From Candidatus Caldarchaeales archaeon (GTDB taxonomy: Archaea; Thermoproteota; Nitrososphaeria_A; Caldarchaeales; Calditenuaceae), in the NCBI GenBank assembly GCA_039630085.1, contig JBCNVM010000003.1:61338-125337 (forward strand): a stretch of DNA of 64,000 nucleotides, written 5' to 3'. A model generated the notes under the pieces. That model saw nothing but the letters and a program-made list of their open reading frames with translations, had not been told where the DNA came from and searched no databases. How positions within the stretch are numbered: position 1 is the first letter of the stretch; the number at the start of each line of letters is the position of its first letter. A program made the position numbers and the translations under genes. This document shows positions 26,998 through 36,890 of the stretch, one piece after another.

Positions 26998-28028
26998 TCG
27001 ATCGTGACGACCTCGTTCGGGACCCTCACGAACTTGTTGATGCCCGTCATCGCGATCAGGCGGCAGTTGTCGATGACCTCCGTCAGGCTCTTGAGGACCA
27101 CCCTGTAGGAGAGGGCCCTGTCCTGGTCCCTGACGCTCTCGATGACCTTAGACTCGAGGGCGTTGATCTCCTGGATGAGCTCGGGGATGAGCGACATCGA
27201 GTCCTCAAGGAGCTTCAGGTCGCCGACGAGGTAGCCGTTCAGCGCCATCCCGAACGCCGTCGTGATCTCGGTCGCGAGGTGCGAGAGCTCCGCGGCCAGA
27301 CCCCTCGGGTCCCTCTCCTTCGACCCCGCCCACTTCACCGCCTCCCTAGAGATCTGGAGGGCTTGGTCGGCGATCTCCTCGACGGCCGAGAGGACGACCC
27401 TCAGTCCCAGCAGCGCGAGGGGAGACTCTATCCCCAGCGTCTTGATCAGTGACTTGTCCCTTCCGGCCATCAGGATCTGCCTCAGCCCGAGGAAGTAGTA
27501 GCTGTCGATCTTCTGCTCGGCCCTCGCGACCTCTGATGCCTTCTCCGGGAGGTTCTCGACGAACGCGTCGACCGCAGACTCGAGCATCGAGGCGATCAGC
27601 GCTTGCATCCTCCTCATCAGCTCCTCGATCGTGTACTTGCTGGAGTCAATGATCACCCTCAGCTCCAGCTCAAAGTCGTCCTGCCTGATCACCTCGAGGC
27701 CGGGGAGCCTGTCGACCTCCGCGATGATCTCGTCGAACATCCAAGAGTTCGCGCCGCTCATCGACCTCACCGTGATCCTGTCAACGCCCTGCAGGTAGCA
27801 CGCGGTCACGATCCTGTGGAGCGAGTCGACCGAGTGGAGCTTATCGGCCTCGATCCTGGCAACTAGGGACCTCTCGGGCTTGAGGGCGGTCCTGATCAGG
27901 ACGCCCTCGTCGGAGACCTCGACGTAGACCTGGTCGCCGGCCCTCAGGCCCCGCTCCGCGACCCACCTCCTCGGCAGCGAGACCACCAGGGTCGTCGAGC
28001 CCAGCCTCTGAAGCCTCCTGACCTCCAT
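26988..28028 (-). CDS. AbrB-domain/PhoU family regulator
   Basis: MEVRRLQRLGSTTLVVSLPRRWV N-terminus; PhoU helices (KIDSYY, EEIADQA). Real start is 28028, not 28394. Confidence 0.85.
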   Translation of the reverse strand: MEVRRLQRLGSTTLVVSLPRRWVAERGLRAGDQVYVEVSDEGVLIRTALKPERSLVARIEADKLHSVDSLHRIVTACYLQGVDRITVRSMSGANSWMFDEIIAEVDRLPGLEVIRQDDFELELRVIIDSSKYTIEELMRRMQALIASMLESAVDAFVENLPEKASEVARAEQKIDSYYFLGLRQILMAGRDKSLIKTLGIESPLALLGLRVVLSAVEEIADQALQISREAVKWAGSKERDPRGLAAELSHLATEITTAFGMALNGYLVGDLKLLEDSMSLIPELIQEINALESKVIESVRDQDRALSYRVVLKSLTEVIDNCRLIAMTGINKFVRVPNEVVTIDYE

Positions 28029-28117
28029 GTCTCTGGGGTATATGCGGCATATATCGGATATTAGGGTGTTTGCGCCCTCCGCTTCGGGGGAACCTCCTCG
28101 TCCCGATCGTGGCCGCC

Positions 28118-29077
28118 TCAGTACATCTCCTTCAGCTGCTCGGCGGGCAGGAAATCCTCCTCGAGCCTCCGGTACCTCTCGAGTCCGACCAGGGAGTGGT
28201 GGTCTGCGGTCGGAAGGCCCTTCTCCTGCAGCTCCAGCTCCCACTGGGCCTCCTCCTGCCGCTCGGCGAGGGCCCTCGCGAACCTGTAGACCGCCATCAT
28301 CTCCGCGTGGAGGGCGCCCATGCTCACTATGATCAGCTTGTAGCCCCTCGAGGCGATCTCGGAGAACCTCAGCGGCCTCGCGGCCTCGGTCCACCTGAAG
28401 CTCGAGGAGTAGTTGAAGACCAGCGGGACGTCAGGGTGCTCCCTCCTGACCCGGTCGGCGAACTCCCAGGCCAGCTCGTCGTCGGGCCTCCTGAACTCGG
28501 CCCAGATGGCGTCTGCTCCTGCGTCCCTGAACGCGACCGCCCTCCTGACCGCCTCCTCGAGCGTCCCGCCCTTGGTCCCCAAAACGTCGGTCCTCGCGAT
28601 CAGGACGAAGTCCGGGTCGACGGCGTCCCTCCTCCTTGCTAGGGACTTGACCTTCAGCACCGCCTCCTCGAACCCGATGACCCTCTTCCCCGCCAGATGG
28701 CCGCAACGCTTCGGGAACCTCTGGTCCTCGACGTGTATGGCCGCGACCCCGGCCGCGACGAACTCCTCGACGGTTCTGGTCGCGGTCACGGCGTTCCCGT
28801 AGCCGTCGTCCGCGTCGGATATCACGGGGATGCTGACCGCCCTCGCGACCCTGCCCGCGAACTCGACCATCTCCGGGAGCGTCAGGAACCCTATGTCGGG
28901 CCTCACGAGGTACCCGATGGAGCAGGAGTAGCCGCTCACGTACGCCGCCTTAAGCCCCGCCATCTCCACGAGCTTCGCCTGGATCGGCGTGTAGACCCCG
29001 GTCGTCCAGACGTAGTCCTCCTGCCTGAGGAGCCTCCTCAGCTCCCTGCTCCTGTCCACGCGGGAACTCAGACCCAT
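28118..29077 (-). CDS. Isocitrate lyase/PEP mutase family enzyme (methylisocitrate lyase-like)
   Basis: DADDGYG, HVEDQRFPKRCGH, IARTD. Confidence 0.9.
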   Translation of the reverse strand: MGLSSRVDRSRELRRLLRQEDYVWTTGVYTPIQAKLVEMAGLKAAYVSGYSCSIGYLVRPDIGFLTLPEMVEFAGRVARAVSIPVISDADDGYGNAVTATRTVEEFVAAGVAAIHVEDQRFPKRCGHLAGKRVIGFEEAVLKVKSLARRRDAVDPDFVLIARTDVLGTKGGTLEEAVRRAVAFRDAGADAIWAEFRRPDDELAWEFADRVRREHPDVPLVFNYSSSFRWTEAARPLRFSEIASRGYKLIIVSMGALHAEMMAVYRFARALAERQEEAQWELELQEKGLPTADHHSLVGLERYRRLEEDFLPAEQLKEMY

Positions 29078-29190
29078 CCGGATAAAGAGTTCGACCCGAC
29101 CCGGTCAAGACAAACGCCTGTGAGGTTCGACCTTCGTCCCGTTACGTAGCACAACGATTAATATCACGCATAACTGTAGAATAAATCGAG

Positions 29191-30369
29191 ATGGGCAGAA
29201 GGGTCGCGGTTGTAGGCATAGGAATAACCCGGTTCGGCAGGAGGTCCGACGCCTCTCTCAGCGAGCTGGCCTTCGAGGCGGGCAGGGAGGCGATAAAGGA
29301 CGCGGGGATCGAGCCCAAGGACGTGAGGTTCCTCTCGGTGGGGAACGTGGGTGCCTGGAGCGCCGAGCCCCTTCCGGCGGTACTGGTCTCGGAGTACCTC
29401 GGGCTGGACCACTCCGGGACGATGAGGGTCGAGGCCGCCTGCGCCTCGGGGAGCGCGGCGATCAAGGTCGCCTACGACGCGGTCGCCTCGGGGTCGGTCG
29501 ACGTCGCGATGGCCCTCGGCGTCGAGAGGATGAACGAGTCACCGACGCCGAACGTCGTGGAGCTGATAGGCCGCTCGGGGAACTACTTCTGGGAGTTCGA
29601 GAACTTCGGGCTTACCTTCCCGGGATACTACGCGATCTACGCAACCGCCTACATGGACAAGTACGGCGCGAGGGAGGAGGACATCGCGGAGGTCGCGGTG
29701 AAGAACCACTACTACGGCTCGATGAACCCGTACGCGCAGTTCCAGAGGCCCGTGAGGCTCGAGGAGGTGATGTCCTCGAGGTACATCGCTTGGCCCTTGA
29801 AGCTCCTCGAGTGCTCCCCGATCACCGACGGAGCCGCAGCGGCCGTCTTAGCCTCGGAGGAGGTCGCGAGGAAGCTGACCGACTCGCCGGTCTGGATCAA
29901 GGGGATGGGCTACGCGACGGGGACCTCCAACCTCTCGAAGAGGGAGGACTTCCTGGGCCTCGAGCCCGCCGCGAGGGCGGCCAGACAGGCTTACGCGATG
30001 GCCGGCATAAATCCCGAGAGGCCCTACAAGCAGGTGGACGTCGCGACGGTCCACGACTGCTTCTCCATCGCGGAGATCCTGGCATACGAGGACCTCGGCT
30101 TCGCGAGGAGGGGAGAGGGCTACATGCTGCTGAAGGAGCACCAGACCTACATCGGCGGTCTGGTGCCCGTCAACCTCGACGGCGGCCTGAAGGCGAAGGG
30201 TCACCCGATCGGCGCGACGGGCGTCGGGATGGCGGTGGAGGCGGTAAAGCAGCTCAGGAGGAAGGCTGAGCCCGGAAGGCAGGCGGACATAAGGAACGGC
30301 GTCGCGCTCGCACACAACGTCGGCGGAACCGGTCACTACGCCTACGTGACCGTCTACTCGATCGACTGA
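29191..30369 (+). CDS. Archaeal thiolase (acetyl-CoA C-acyltransferase)
   Basis: EAACASG, CSPITDGAAA, VHDCF, GHPIGATG, HNVGG. Confidence 0.92.
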   Translation: MGRRVAVVGIGITRFGRRSDASLSELAFEAGREAIKDAGIEPKDVRFLSVGNVGAWSAEPLPAVLVSEYLGLDHSGTMRVEAACASGSAAIKVAYDAVASGSVDVAMALGVERMNESPTPNVVELIGRSGNYFWEFENFGLTFPGYYAIYATAYMDKYGAREEDIAEVAVKNHYYGSMNPYAQFQRPVRLEEVMSSRYIAWPLKLLECSPITDGAAAAVLASEEVARKLTDSPVWIKGMGYATGTSNLSKREDFLGLEPAARAARQAYAMAGINPERPYKQVDVATVHDCFSIAEILAYEDLGFARRGEGYMLLKEHQTYIGGLVPVNLDGGLKAKGHPIGATGVGMAVEAVKQLRRKAEPGRQADIRNGVALAHNVGGTGHYAYVTVYSID

Positions 30370-30432
30370 CCGTCAGGAGCTCCAGGCCTCGACCGGTGGC
30401 TTTATAGCTCGTCGACCGTTGGTCCGCGCGGC

Positions 30433-31437
30433 ATGAGGGCAGTAGTCCTAAGGAGGTTCAACGAGGCCCCCGTTTTGGAGGAAGTCGAGCGGCATGAGAG
30501 TCCACCTGAAGGGTACGCGCTGGTAGAGGTGAAGGCCGCGGGCGTCTGCTACAGGGACCTGCTCGTGACGGAGGGGAAGTTCCCCAGGGCGAGGCTACCG
30601 GTGGTGCTGGGACACGAGTTCTCCGGGAGGGTCCTCCGGGTGAGCGGCGACTCGGGCATCAGGGAGGGCGAACTGGTCGCGGGGCTGCCGCACACGGTCT
30701 GCGGCTCGTGCGAGTACTGCCTGACGAAGCGGGAGAACCTCTGCGTCAACAGGCTCTGGTACGGCGAGGCGATCGACGGGACCTTCAGGGAGGTGACCGC
30801 CGTCGACCTGAAGACGGTCGTCAGGGTTCCAGACGGAGTCGCGCCAGAGGCGGCGGCGATCTCGAGCTGCGTCGTCGGGATGCTCCTCCACGGCATCAGG
30901 GACGTCGGGGAGGCCAGAAGGGGGGAGAGGGCCCTGGTGACGGGAGCCGGCGGAGGCGTCGGGATCCACGCGGTCCAGGTCGCGAAGGCGATCGGGTGCA
31001 GGGTCGTCGCGGTCACGAGGTCCGAGTCGAAGGCCCACGAGGTGAGGAGGGCCGGAGCCGACGACGTGATCGTCGGGAGCGCCTTCTCCGAGGAGGTGAA
31101 GAAGAGGTGGGACGGGGTCGACCTCGTCGTCGAGTGCGTCGGCGAGCCGACCTTCAGCGAGAGCATCAGGTCCCTTAAGTGGGGAGGGAGGATCGTGCTG
31201 ATAGGGAACGTGACCGCCGGGACCTTCCCGCTCCCCTTGGGACTGGTCATCCTGAAGGGCCTCAGCGTGAGGGGGGTCGTGGGGTCGACGATGTCGACGC
31301 TCCGGGAGGCGCTCGAGATGATGGCCCGGGGCGACGTGAGGCCGGTCGTGAGGCCGCTCAGGCTCGAGGAGTTCGCCCAGGCCCTCGAGGCGCTGAAGTC
31401 GGGGGCCGCGCTGGGGAGGTTCGTTCTCAGGCCCTGA
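30433..31437 (+). CDS. Zn-dependent medium-chain dehydrogenase/reductase
   Basis: GVCYRD, GHEFSG, structural Zn CGSCEYC..C, GAGGGVG. Confidence 0.9.
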   Translation: MRAVVLRRFNEAPVLEEVERHESPPEGYALVEVKAAGVCYRDLLVTEGKFPRARLPVVLGHEFSGRVLRVSGDSGIREGELVAGLPHTVCGSCEYCLTKRENLCVNRLWYGEAIDGTFREVTAVDLKTVVRVPDGVAPEAAAISSCVVGMLLHGIRDVGEARRGERALVTGAGGGVGIHAVQVAKAIGCRVVAVTRSESKAHEVRRAGADDVIVGSAFSEEVKKRWDGVDLVVECVGEPTFSESIRSLKWGGRIVLIGNVTAGTFPLPLGLVILKGLSVRGVVGSTMSTLREALEMMARGDVRPVVRPLRLEEFAQALEALKSGAALGRFVLRP

Positions 31438-32596
31438 GGAGCCCTATCACCTCCGAGGCCGGCGCGTCGGTCTTCACAGCTGAACCGTCGTAGTGGACTC
31501 TGGAGGCCCTGAACCCCAACGACCTCAGCTGCTCGATCAGCCACGAGACGTTCGGCGGGGAGCACTTGGCCCTGCTCGCGAGCTCGGAGACCGGATAGGA
31601 GTACGGGACATCGGGGAGCTCCTCCTTGACGCGCTTCAGGACCCTGACCGCCTCACCGAAGACCGGGTCCTCGGCCAGCTCGGAGCTCAGGGCCCTTTCG
31701 ACGAGCGAGCCGTCCTTCAGCGGCCCCAGCCATAGCGGCCCCAGAGCCCTGACCTCCGCACCGCACGACGAGCACCGGCCTCCGAGATCCTTGGGGTCCC
31801 TGACGGCCTCGACGGCCAGGCACGAGTCGCAGTAGCGGAGGTACCCGAGCGCCGAGATGGCCTCGAGGGCCCTGAGCTTCCCCCTCTCGACCCTCACGAA
31901 GACCCTGACGAAGTGGGCCCGGACTACCGAGAGGACCGGGACCGCGGACCTCGAGAGCCTCCCCGCGGTGACCGCGCAGAGCGCCGCTAGTGCCCTCATG
32001 GCCACCTCCTTCCCGAAGACGGTCCTCGAGAGGTTCAGCGAGTACCTCCACTTGGCGGTCCTCTGGGAGGCCCCGGTCAGGGCTGCGAGGTCGGTCGCCG
32101 AGACTCCAACGAGCCCCTCGCTCCTCACGGCCCTGATCGAGTTCTCGAGGAACCTCGCGGGCGAGCCTGACGGGTCCAAGTCGACGTAGTGGACCCTCGA
32201 CCCCTCCGCGGCGAGTTTGACAAGCAGGAGGTTCCCGTCCATGTGGTATCCCCTGAGGGAGCCCTCGAGGCCGTTGAGCCTCGCGTTCAGCTCGATCAGC
32301 CTCGCGGACCGCTCATTGATGTCGCTCGCGTGGCCCTCCGTGAACCTAGACGCCTCGAGCATCAGCCTCACCGCCCTCGCTCCGAGCCCTGCCAGGGGCT
32401 CCGCTAGGGTCTTTCCTGACGAGTCGAAGTAGGCCGCCGTCGCCAGGACCGCGAAGTCCCTCGATATCTTGGAGGCAGGGTTGTAGAACGCCGGGAGCTT
32501 CGAGGGCTCGACCCTCCCGACGCCTACAGGGACTATCAGCCTGGCCTTGCCCTCGACCAGCTCGGTCGTCGGGAAGTCCAGCTCCAAGCCCTTCAC
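31427..32596 (-). CDS. trm1: tRNA (guanine26-N2)-dimethyltransferase
   Basis: FYNP..SRD, VDLDPSGSP, SATDLAAL, Zn ribbon CDSC..CSSC, GPLWLGPL. Confidence 0.88.
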   Translation of the reverse strand: MKGLELDFPTTELVEGKARLIVPVGVGRVEPSKLPAFYNPASKISRDFAVLATAAYFDSSGKTLAEPLAGLGARAVRLMLEASRFTEGHASDINERSARLIELNARLNGLEGSLRGYHMDGNLLLVKLAAEGSRVHYVDLDPSGSPARFLENSIRAVRSEGLVGVSATDLAALTGASQRTAKWRYSLNLSRTVFGKEVAMRALAALCAVTAGRLSRSAVPVLSVVRAHFVRVFVRVERGKLRALEAISALGYLRYCDSCLAVEAVRDPKDLGGRCSSCGAEVRALGPLWLGPLKDGSLVERALSSELAEDPVFGEAVRVLKRVKEELPDVPYSYPVSELASRAKCSPPNVSWLIEQLRSLGFRASRVHYDGSAVKTDAPASEVIGLLRA

Positions 32597-33120
32597 CCCG
32601 ACAGGTGCTCCACGGCCTCCCTCGCGACCCTCTCCGCCTCCCCGAACCTGACCACGAGCCTCAGCGTCGCAGAGGAGTTAAGCCTCTCGATCAGCGGGTG
32701 CCTGGCCCTGAAGTGGACCGTGAAGAGCGACCTCTCGAGCGAGCCTATGGACGAGCCGACGACCTCCACGAACCTCTTCGACATCAGCTCCATCGGCCCG
32801 ACCTCGTCGACGATCAGCACCGCTCCCCTTTCCACGGCGGCGGCGATCGCGGGGATCCCGAACCTCTCGAGGTTCTCGGGGAAGACCGCGTACGACCCGA
32901 GCCTGTGCCTGCTGCTGAGGCCCTTCCTCGCGAGGGGGAGGGACGACGCGCTGGAGAGGTCAACGACGTCGAACCCTATCCTCGCGGCCCCCTCCCTGAC
33001 CTCCCTCGTGACGAACCCTCCGACCTCGAGGCCCCTCGACCTGAGCTGCTCGGCCGCGCCGATCGCCGCGGTCGTCTTCCCTGACCCCGGGGGGCCCGTG
33101 ATCACGACGAGCCTCCTCAT
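32593..33120 (-). CDS. NTPase (THEP1/NTPase_1 family)
   Basis: ITGPPGSGKTT, GGFVTREVR, IVDEVGPMEL. Confidence 0.9.
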   Translation of the reverse strand: MRRLVVITGPPGSGKTTAAIGAAEQLRSRGLEVGGFVTREVREGAARIGFDVVDLSSASSLPLARKGLSSRHRLGSYAVFPENLERFGIPAIAAAVERGAVLIVDEVGPMELMSKRFVEVVGSSIGSLERSLFTVHFRARHPLIERLNSSATLRLVVRFGEAERVAREAVEHLSG

Positions 33121-33758
33121 CGCTCATCGAGGTAGCGGTCGAGGGTGCACAGGGACCTGACGGTTCTCCAGGACCTCCTCACGTAGCCCGGGAAGTTCCC
33201 GGTGGCGGCGAGGGCCCTCAGGTGTCTCCTCGTCTTGGGGTCGCTGGGGTATCCGGACCCGAAGTCACCCAACGCCCTCACCGCCCTGTCCCTCGTGACC
33301 TTCGCGACGATCGAGGCGGCTGCGACTACGGCGAACCTCGCGTCGGCCCTCAACTCGAAGCGGACCTCGACGCCCTCCACGCGGCCCATCAGCTCCCGCG
33401 CTCTCCTCGTGTCCCCGTACGGCGAGTCGACGTAGACGACCCGCGGCCTCACCTCCTCGATCAGCTCCCTCATCGCGCTCAGCTCGAGGGCGTTGAGGCC
33501 AGTGCCGCCGCTCGACCTCGCGGAGCGGTCTATGATCTCGGGCTCCAAGACCTTCACCCTGATCACCGCACCCCTCTCCTTCAGCGCGCCGAAGAGCAGC
33601 TCCCTCCTCCTAGGCGTGAGCGACTTCGAGTCCCTGACGCCCATCCTCCTCAGCTCGCGTATCCTTTCCTCCTCGACCGCGAGGAGCGCGATCACCATCG
33701 GGCCCAGGACCGAGCCCCTTCCGGCCTCGTCGACGCCGGCGACCAGCGACCCCGCCAT
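33117..33758 (-). CDS. rnhB: Ribonuclease HII
   Basis: GVDEAGRG, DSK, AASIVAKV, GSGYPSDP. Confidence 0.95.
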   Translation of the reverse strand: MAGSLVAGVDEAGRGSVLGPMVIALLAVEEERIRELRRMGVRDSKSLTPRRRELLFGALKERGAVIRVKVLEPEIIDRSARSSGGTGLNALELSAMRELIEEVRPRVVYVDSPYGDTRRARELMGRVEGVEVRFELRADARFAVVAAASIVAKVTRDRAVRALGDFGSGYPSDPKTRRHLRALAATGNFPGYVRRSWRTVRSLCTLDRYLDER

Positions 33759-34453
33759 CAGCCCCTGAACCTCGCGGTGACCATGACGTGGTCCAGCTCG
33801 TAGGGCTCGAGGTCGATCCTCCGCTCGACGACCGCGCCTCCCCTCTCCATCACCTCGATCTCCCTCCTGAAGACCCGCTCCGGGTCCTCGGTGCTGTCGA
33901 TGCTCCTCGCCTTGATGGCCACCATTATCGTCCCCCCTGAACCGAGGAAGTGCCTCGCGTTGTCGATAACGATCCGGGCCTGGTCCGGCTGGGCGACGTC
34001 GCAGTAGATCACGTCGACCTTGCCCACGAGGAAGGCGTACCTCTCCGGGAGCCTCGCGTCCCCGAAGATCGGGGCGACGTTCCTCCTCCTCTTCGCCACC
34101 CTCTCGACGAACTGGGCCAGGACCCTCGGCGAGTATTCAACCGAGTAGACCATCCCTCCCTCGCCGACGACGTCGGAGACGTGGCTGACGGTCGTCCCGG
34201 AGGCCGCGCCGAGGTAGAGCACCCTCGTGCTCGGCGAGATCGGCATCCGCTCCAGCCCCTTGAGCAAGGCCGCGGCCAGCTTGCTCCTGTAGGGAACCCA
34301 CTCCCGGTACTCCTCGCCCTGATGCCTGAAGAGCTGCTCGCCGTACACCGAGAAGCCCCTGTCCAGGTTCCTGGTGCAGAGGTACCGCTTGGTCCCGTCC
34401 CAGACCCAGTAGACGTTCTCCGCCGACTCGTGGGGCTCGACCCTCAGCGTCAA
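33758..34453 (-). CDS. flpA: Fibrillarin-like rRNA/tRNA 2'-O-methyltransferase
   Basis: YREWVPYRSKLAAA, VLYLGAASGTTVSHVSD, DVAQPDQ. Confidence 0.96.
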   Translation of the reverse strand: MTLRVEPHESAENVYWVWDGTKRYLCTRNLDRGFSVYGEQLFRHQGEEYREWVPYRSKLAAALLKGLERMPISPSTRVLYLGAASGTTVSHVSDVVGEGGMVYSVEYSPRVLAQFVERVAKRRRNVAPIFGDARLPERYAFLVGKVDVIYCDVAQPDQARIVIDNARHFLGSGGTIMVAIKARSIDSTEDPERVFRREIEVMERGGAVVERRIDLEPYELDHVMVTARFRG

Positions 34454-34512
34454 CTCCGTCCAGTTCAGGGCCCCGTTCTATCTAAACGGTTTTCCCGGGG
34501 CCGCGGGTTTGA

Positions 34513-35700
34513 TCACCTGCGCCTCCTAGGCCCCTTCGGGGGCTTGATGGGCCTCCTGACCTCGACCCTCTCCTTCGCCGGCGGCGCCGGGTACTTCCCC
34601 CTTATCTCCCGGACCCTCCGCTCGAGCTCCTCCCTCAGCTGCGCGGACCTGTCCTCCCCCGAGAAGTAGTCGATCTTGGCCGCGATCGCGATCTTCGCGG
34701 CCAGCGCCCTCGCGATCTTCCCCCTCTGCCACTTGGGGGACCCGTGGACGTAGGGGTGCTGGAAGATCACGCCGTGCTTCGGCGCGCCCCTCCCCGTCTT
34801 GAGGAACCTGAAGAGGGCCTTCTCCGCGCCGAGGAGCTGGACGAGGCTCGCAGGGGCCCTCGCGAGCCTCTCGAGCCCGCCCGCCAGCGTTATCAGCCTC
34901 GCGCCGACCATCGGGCCCGCGATAGCTGCGACGTTCGGAGCCTCGAGCGCCATCAGCTGCCTCACGTAGGACTGGAGCCTGTCCCTGTACTCCATGAGGT
35001 CGACTGCCCTCCTCGCGAGCTCGAGTATCTCGTTCATGTCCGCCTCCGAGACCTCGACTCCCAAGCTCCTCATCGAGGCCTCGATCACCCTCTCGGCCTC
35101 CCTCCTGTCCAGCAGGCCTGAGAGCGCCTCCGTCGACGCGTTAGACCTCGGGCCCATCGCGAGCACGACCTCGACGTACTTCTCCGGGTCGCCCACGAGC
35201 TCCTTCAGCTCGGGGAAGTGGAGGCCGTACCAGTCGGAGAGCCTTGAGTAGAGGGAGTTCAGCGTCCTCTGGACGTCGTCGAGCGCCCTCACCGCCTGGA
35301 CGATCATCTGGTCCCTCCTCAGGACCGCCTCCTTGATCGCGAGCTCCGTCAGCCTGATCGCGAGGCCCCTCAGGCTCCGCTCGTAGGCCTCGAGGGATGG
35401 GAAGGCTCCCGAGCTCAGGGCGAGATCAACCCTGCCGGCCGGCAGCTGCTCGGGCCCGACGAGCTGACAAGCGTGACCCATCGAGCGGATCGCCTCGTGG
35501 AGCAGAGGGTCGGGGGTCGCGAAATCCCCGAAGCCCCTCGACTTCAGTCCCTCCAGCAGTTCCCTCAACCACTCAGCCGCGCCGGGAGACCTCAGCCGCG
35601 CGAATGCCTCTCCCGCGTCCCCGGGGACCGGGTGGTGCTCGGTCAGGCCCTCGGCCGTCACGAGGACACCGGCCGGCGTGAGCATCAGCGTCGCCCGCAT
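34513..35700 (-). CDS. nop5: C/D box RNP protein Nop5 (Nop56/58)
   Basis: WYGLHFPEL, QLLGAEKALF, PKHGVIFQHP, RGKIARALAAK. Confidence 0.95.
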   Translation of the reverse strand: MRATLMLTPAGVLVTAEGLTEHHPVPGDAGEAFARLRSPGAAEWLRELLEGLKSRGFGDFATPDPLLHEAIRSMGHACQLVGPEQLPAGRVDLALSSGAFPSLEAYERSLRGLAIRLTELAIKEAVLRRDQMIVQAVRALDDVQRTLNSLYSRLSDWYGLHFPELKELVGDPEKYVEVVLAMGPRSNASTEALSGLLDRREAERVIEASMRSLGVEVSEADMNEILELARRAVDLMEYRDRLQSYVRQLMALEAPNVAAIAGPMVGARLITLAGGLERLARAPASLVQLLGAEKALFRFLKTGRGAPKHGVIFQHPYVHGSPKWQRGKIARALAAKIAIAAKIDYFSGEDRSAQLREELERRVREIRGKYPAPPAKERVEVRRPIKPPKGPRRRR

Positions 35701-35772
35701 CGGCCTCAGTCTCCGACCGGCGTCTTATAACGTGATGGCCGGGGCCGGCGCTCGGTTTTTCGGGCCCGCCGC

Positions 35773-36831
35773 GTGCTCAGGGACCGGATGGCGGAGTCCG
35801 AGCTGCCCTGCGTCCGGGTCAGGAGGGAGAGGGCCGAGGAATTGAGGAGGGCCCTGACGAGAGAGGGGGTGCTGGCGTGGGGCGCGAGGCCGCGCAGGGT
35901 CGGCGAGGACGTCCTCTTCCCCGTGACGGACCCGGAGAAAGCCTCAAGGCTCGCGGAGAGGTTTGGCGCGGAGCTCGGCTCCTCCGTCTTCGAGGTCGAG
36001 GAGAGGCCGAGGGACCTGAAGGAGGCCCTGAGGGACCTGCCCGGGGAGCTCCGCGACCTGATACCCTCCTCCTACGACGTGATCGGGGACGTCGCGGTCG
36101 TCCACGTCCCGGAGCCGCTGTGGCCCTTCAGGCACAGGATCGGAGAGGCGATCGCGAAGGTCAACAGGTCGATCAGGGTAGTGTTGGGCGAGGCGGGGCC
36201 GGTGAGCGGCGAGTTCAGGCTGAGGGAGTTCGAGTGGCTCGCGGGCGAGAGGAGGACGGTCACGGTCCACAGGGAGAACGGGTGCGAGTTCGAGCTGGAC
36301 ATCGCGAGGGTCTACTTCTCCCCGAGGCTCTCCGGCGAGAGGTGGAGGGTCGTGAGGCTGGTCGGCCCCCGCGAGGACGTCCTCGACATGTTCGCTGGCG
36401 TCGGGCCCTTCGCGATCGAGATAGCAAGGCACAGGAGGGTCAGGGTCACGGCGGTCGAGCTGAACCCGGTCGCGTACGGATACTTGGTCAGGAACGTCGA
36501 ACGGAACGGAGTGAGGGGGCTGGTCGAGGCGATCAACGACGACGCTCGGAGGGCTGCGGGGTATTTGGGCCGCTCCTACGACCGCGTGATAATGAACTAC
36601 CCCGCAGCGTCGCTCGAGTTCCTCGACGCGGCGGTCTCCGTGGCGAGGGAGGGGGCGACCCTGCACGTCTACGGCTTCGCGTCGAGTCCCGAGGACTGGA
36701 GGTGGAAGGTGGAGGAGAGGCTGAAGGGGCTCTCGGCGAGGGCCGAGGTCGTCGCGGTCAGGAAGGTCAGGGAGGTCTCGGCGTCGAGGGTGATCGCGGT
36801 CGCCGACGTGAGGCTCGCGGCGGGTGCTTGA
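35773..36831 (+). CDS. trm5: tRNA (guanine37-N1)-methyltransferase, Trm5/Met-10+ family
   Basis: SYDVIGDVA, HRENGC, VYFSPRLSGER, DMFAGVGPF, DRVIMNYP; start may be ATG 35788. Confidence 0.85.
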   Translation: MLRDRMAESELPCVRVRRERAEELRRALTREGVLAWGARPRRVGEDVLFPVTDPEKASRLAERFGAELGSSVFEVEERPRDLKEALRDLPGELRDLIPSSYDVIGDVAVVHVPEPLWPFRHRIGEAIAKVNRSIRVVLGEAGPVSGEFRLREFEWLAGERRTVTVHRENGCEFELDIARVYFSPRLSGERWRVVRLVGPREDVLDMFAGVGPFAIEIARHRRVRVTAVELNPVAYGYLVRNVERNGVRGLVEAINDDARRAAGYLGRSYDRVIMNYPAASLEFLDAAVSVAREGATLHVYGFASSPEDWRWKVEERLKGLSARAEVVAVRKVREVSASRVIAVADVRLAAGA

Positions 36832-36890
36832 GGTGAACGTGATCGCCTCCGGGTAACCGATATAACCAGCTCGGGACGCGTAGCCGCGGC

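Noticed and set aside
26988-28394. Long N-terminal extensions in the ORF track (also 21400, 43625, 52866, 55180 starts)
   Set aside because: They overlap neighbouring real genes; family motifs begin at downstream starts (28028, 21595, 44090, ~52266, 55534).
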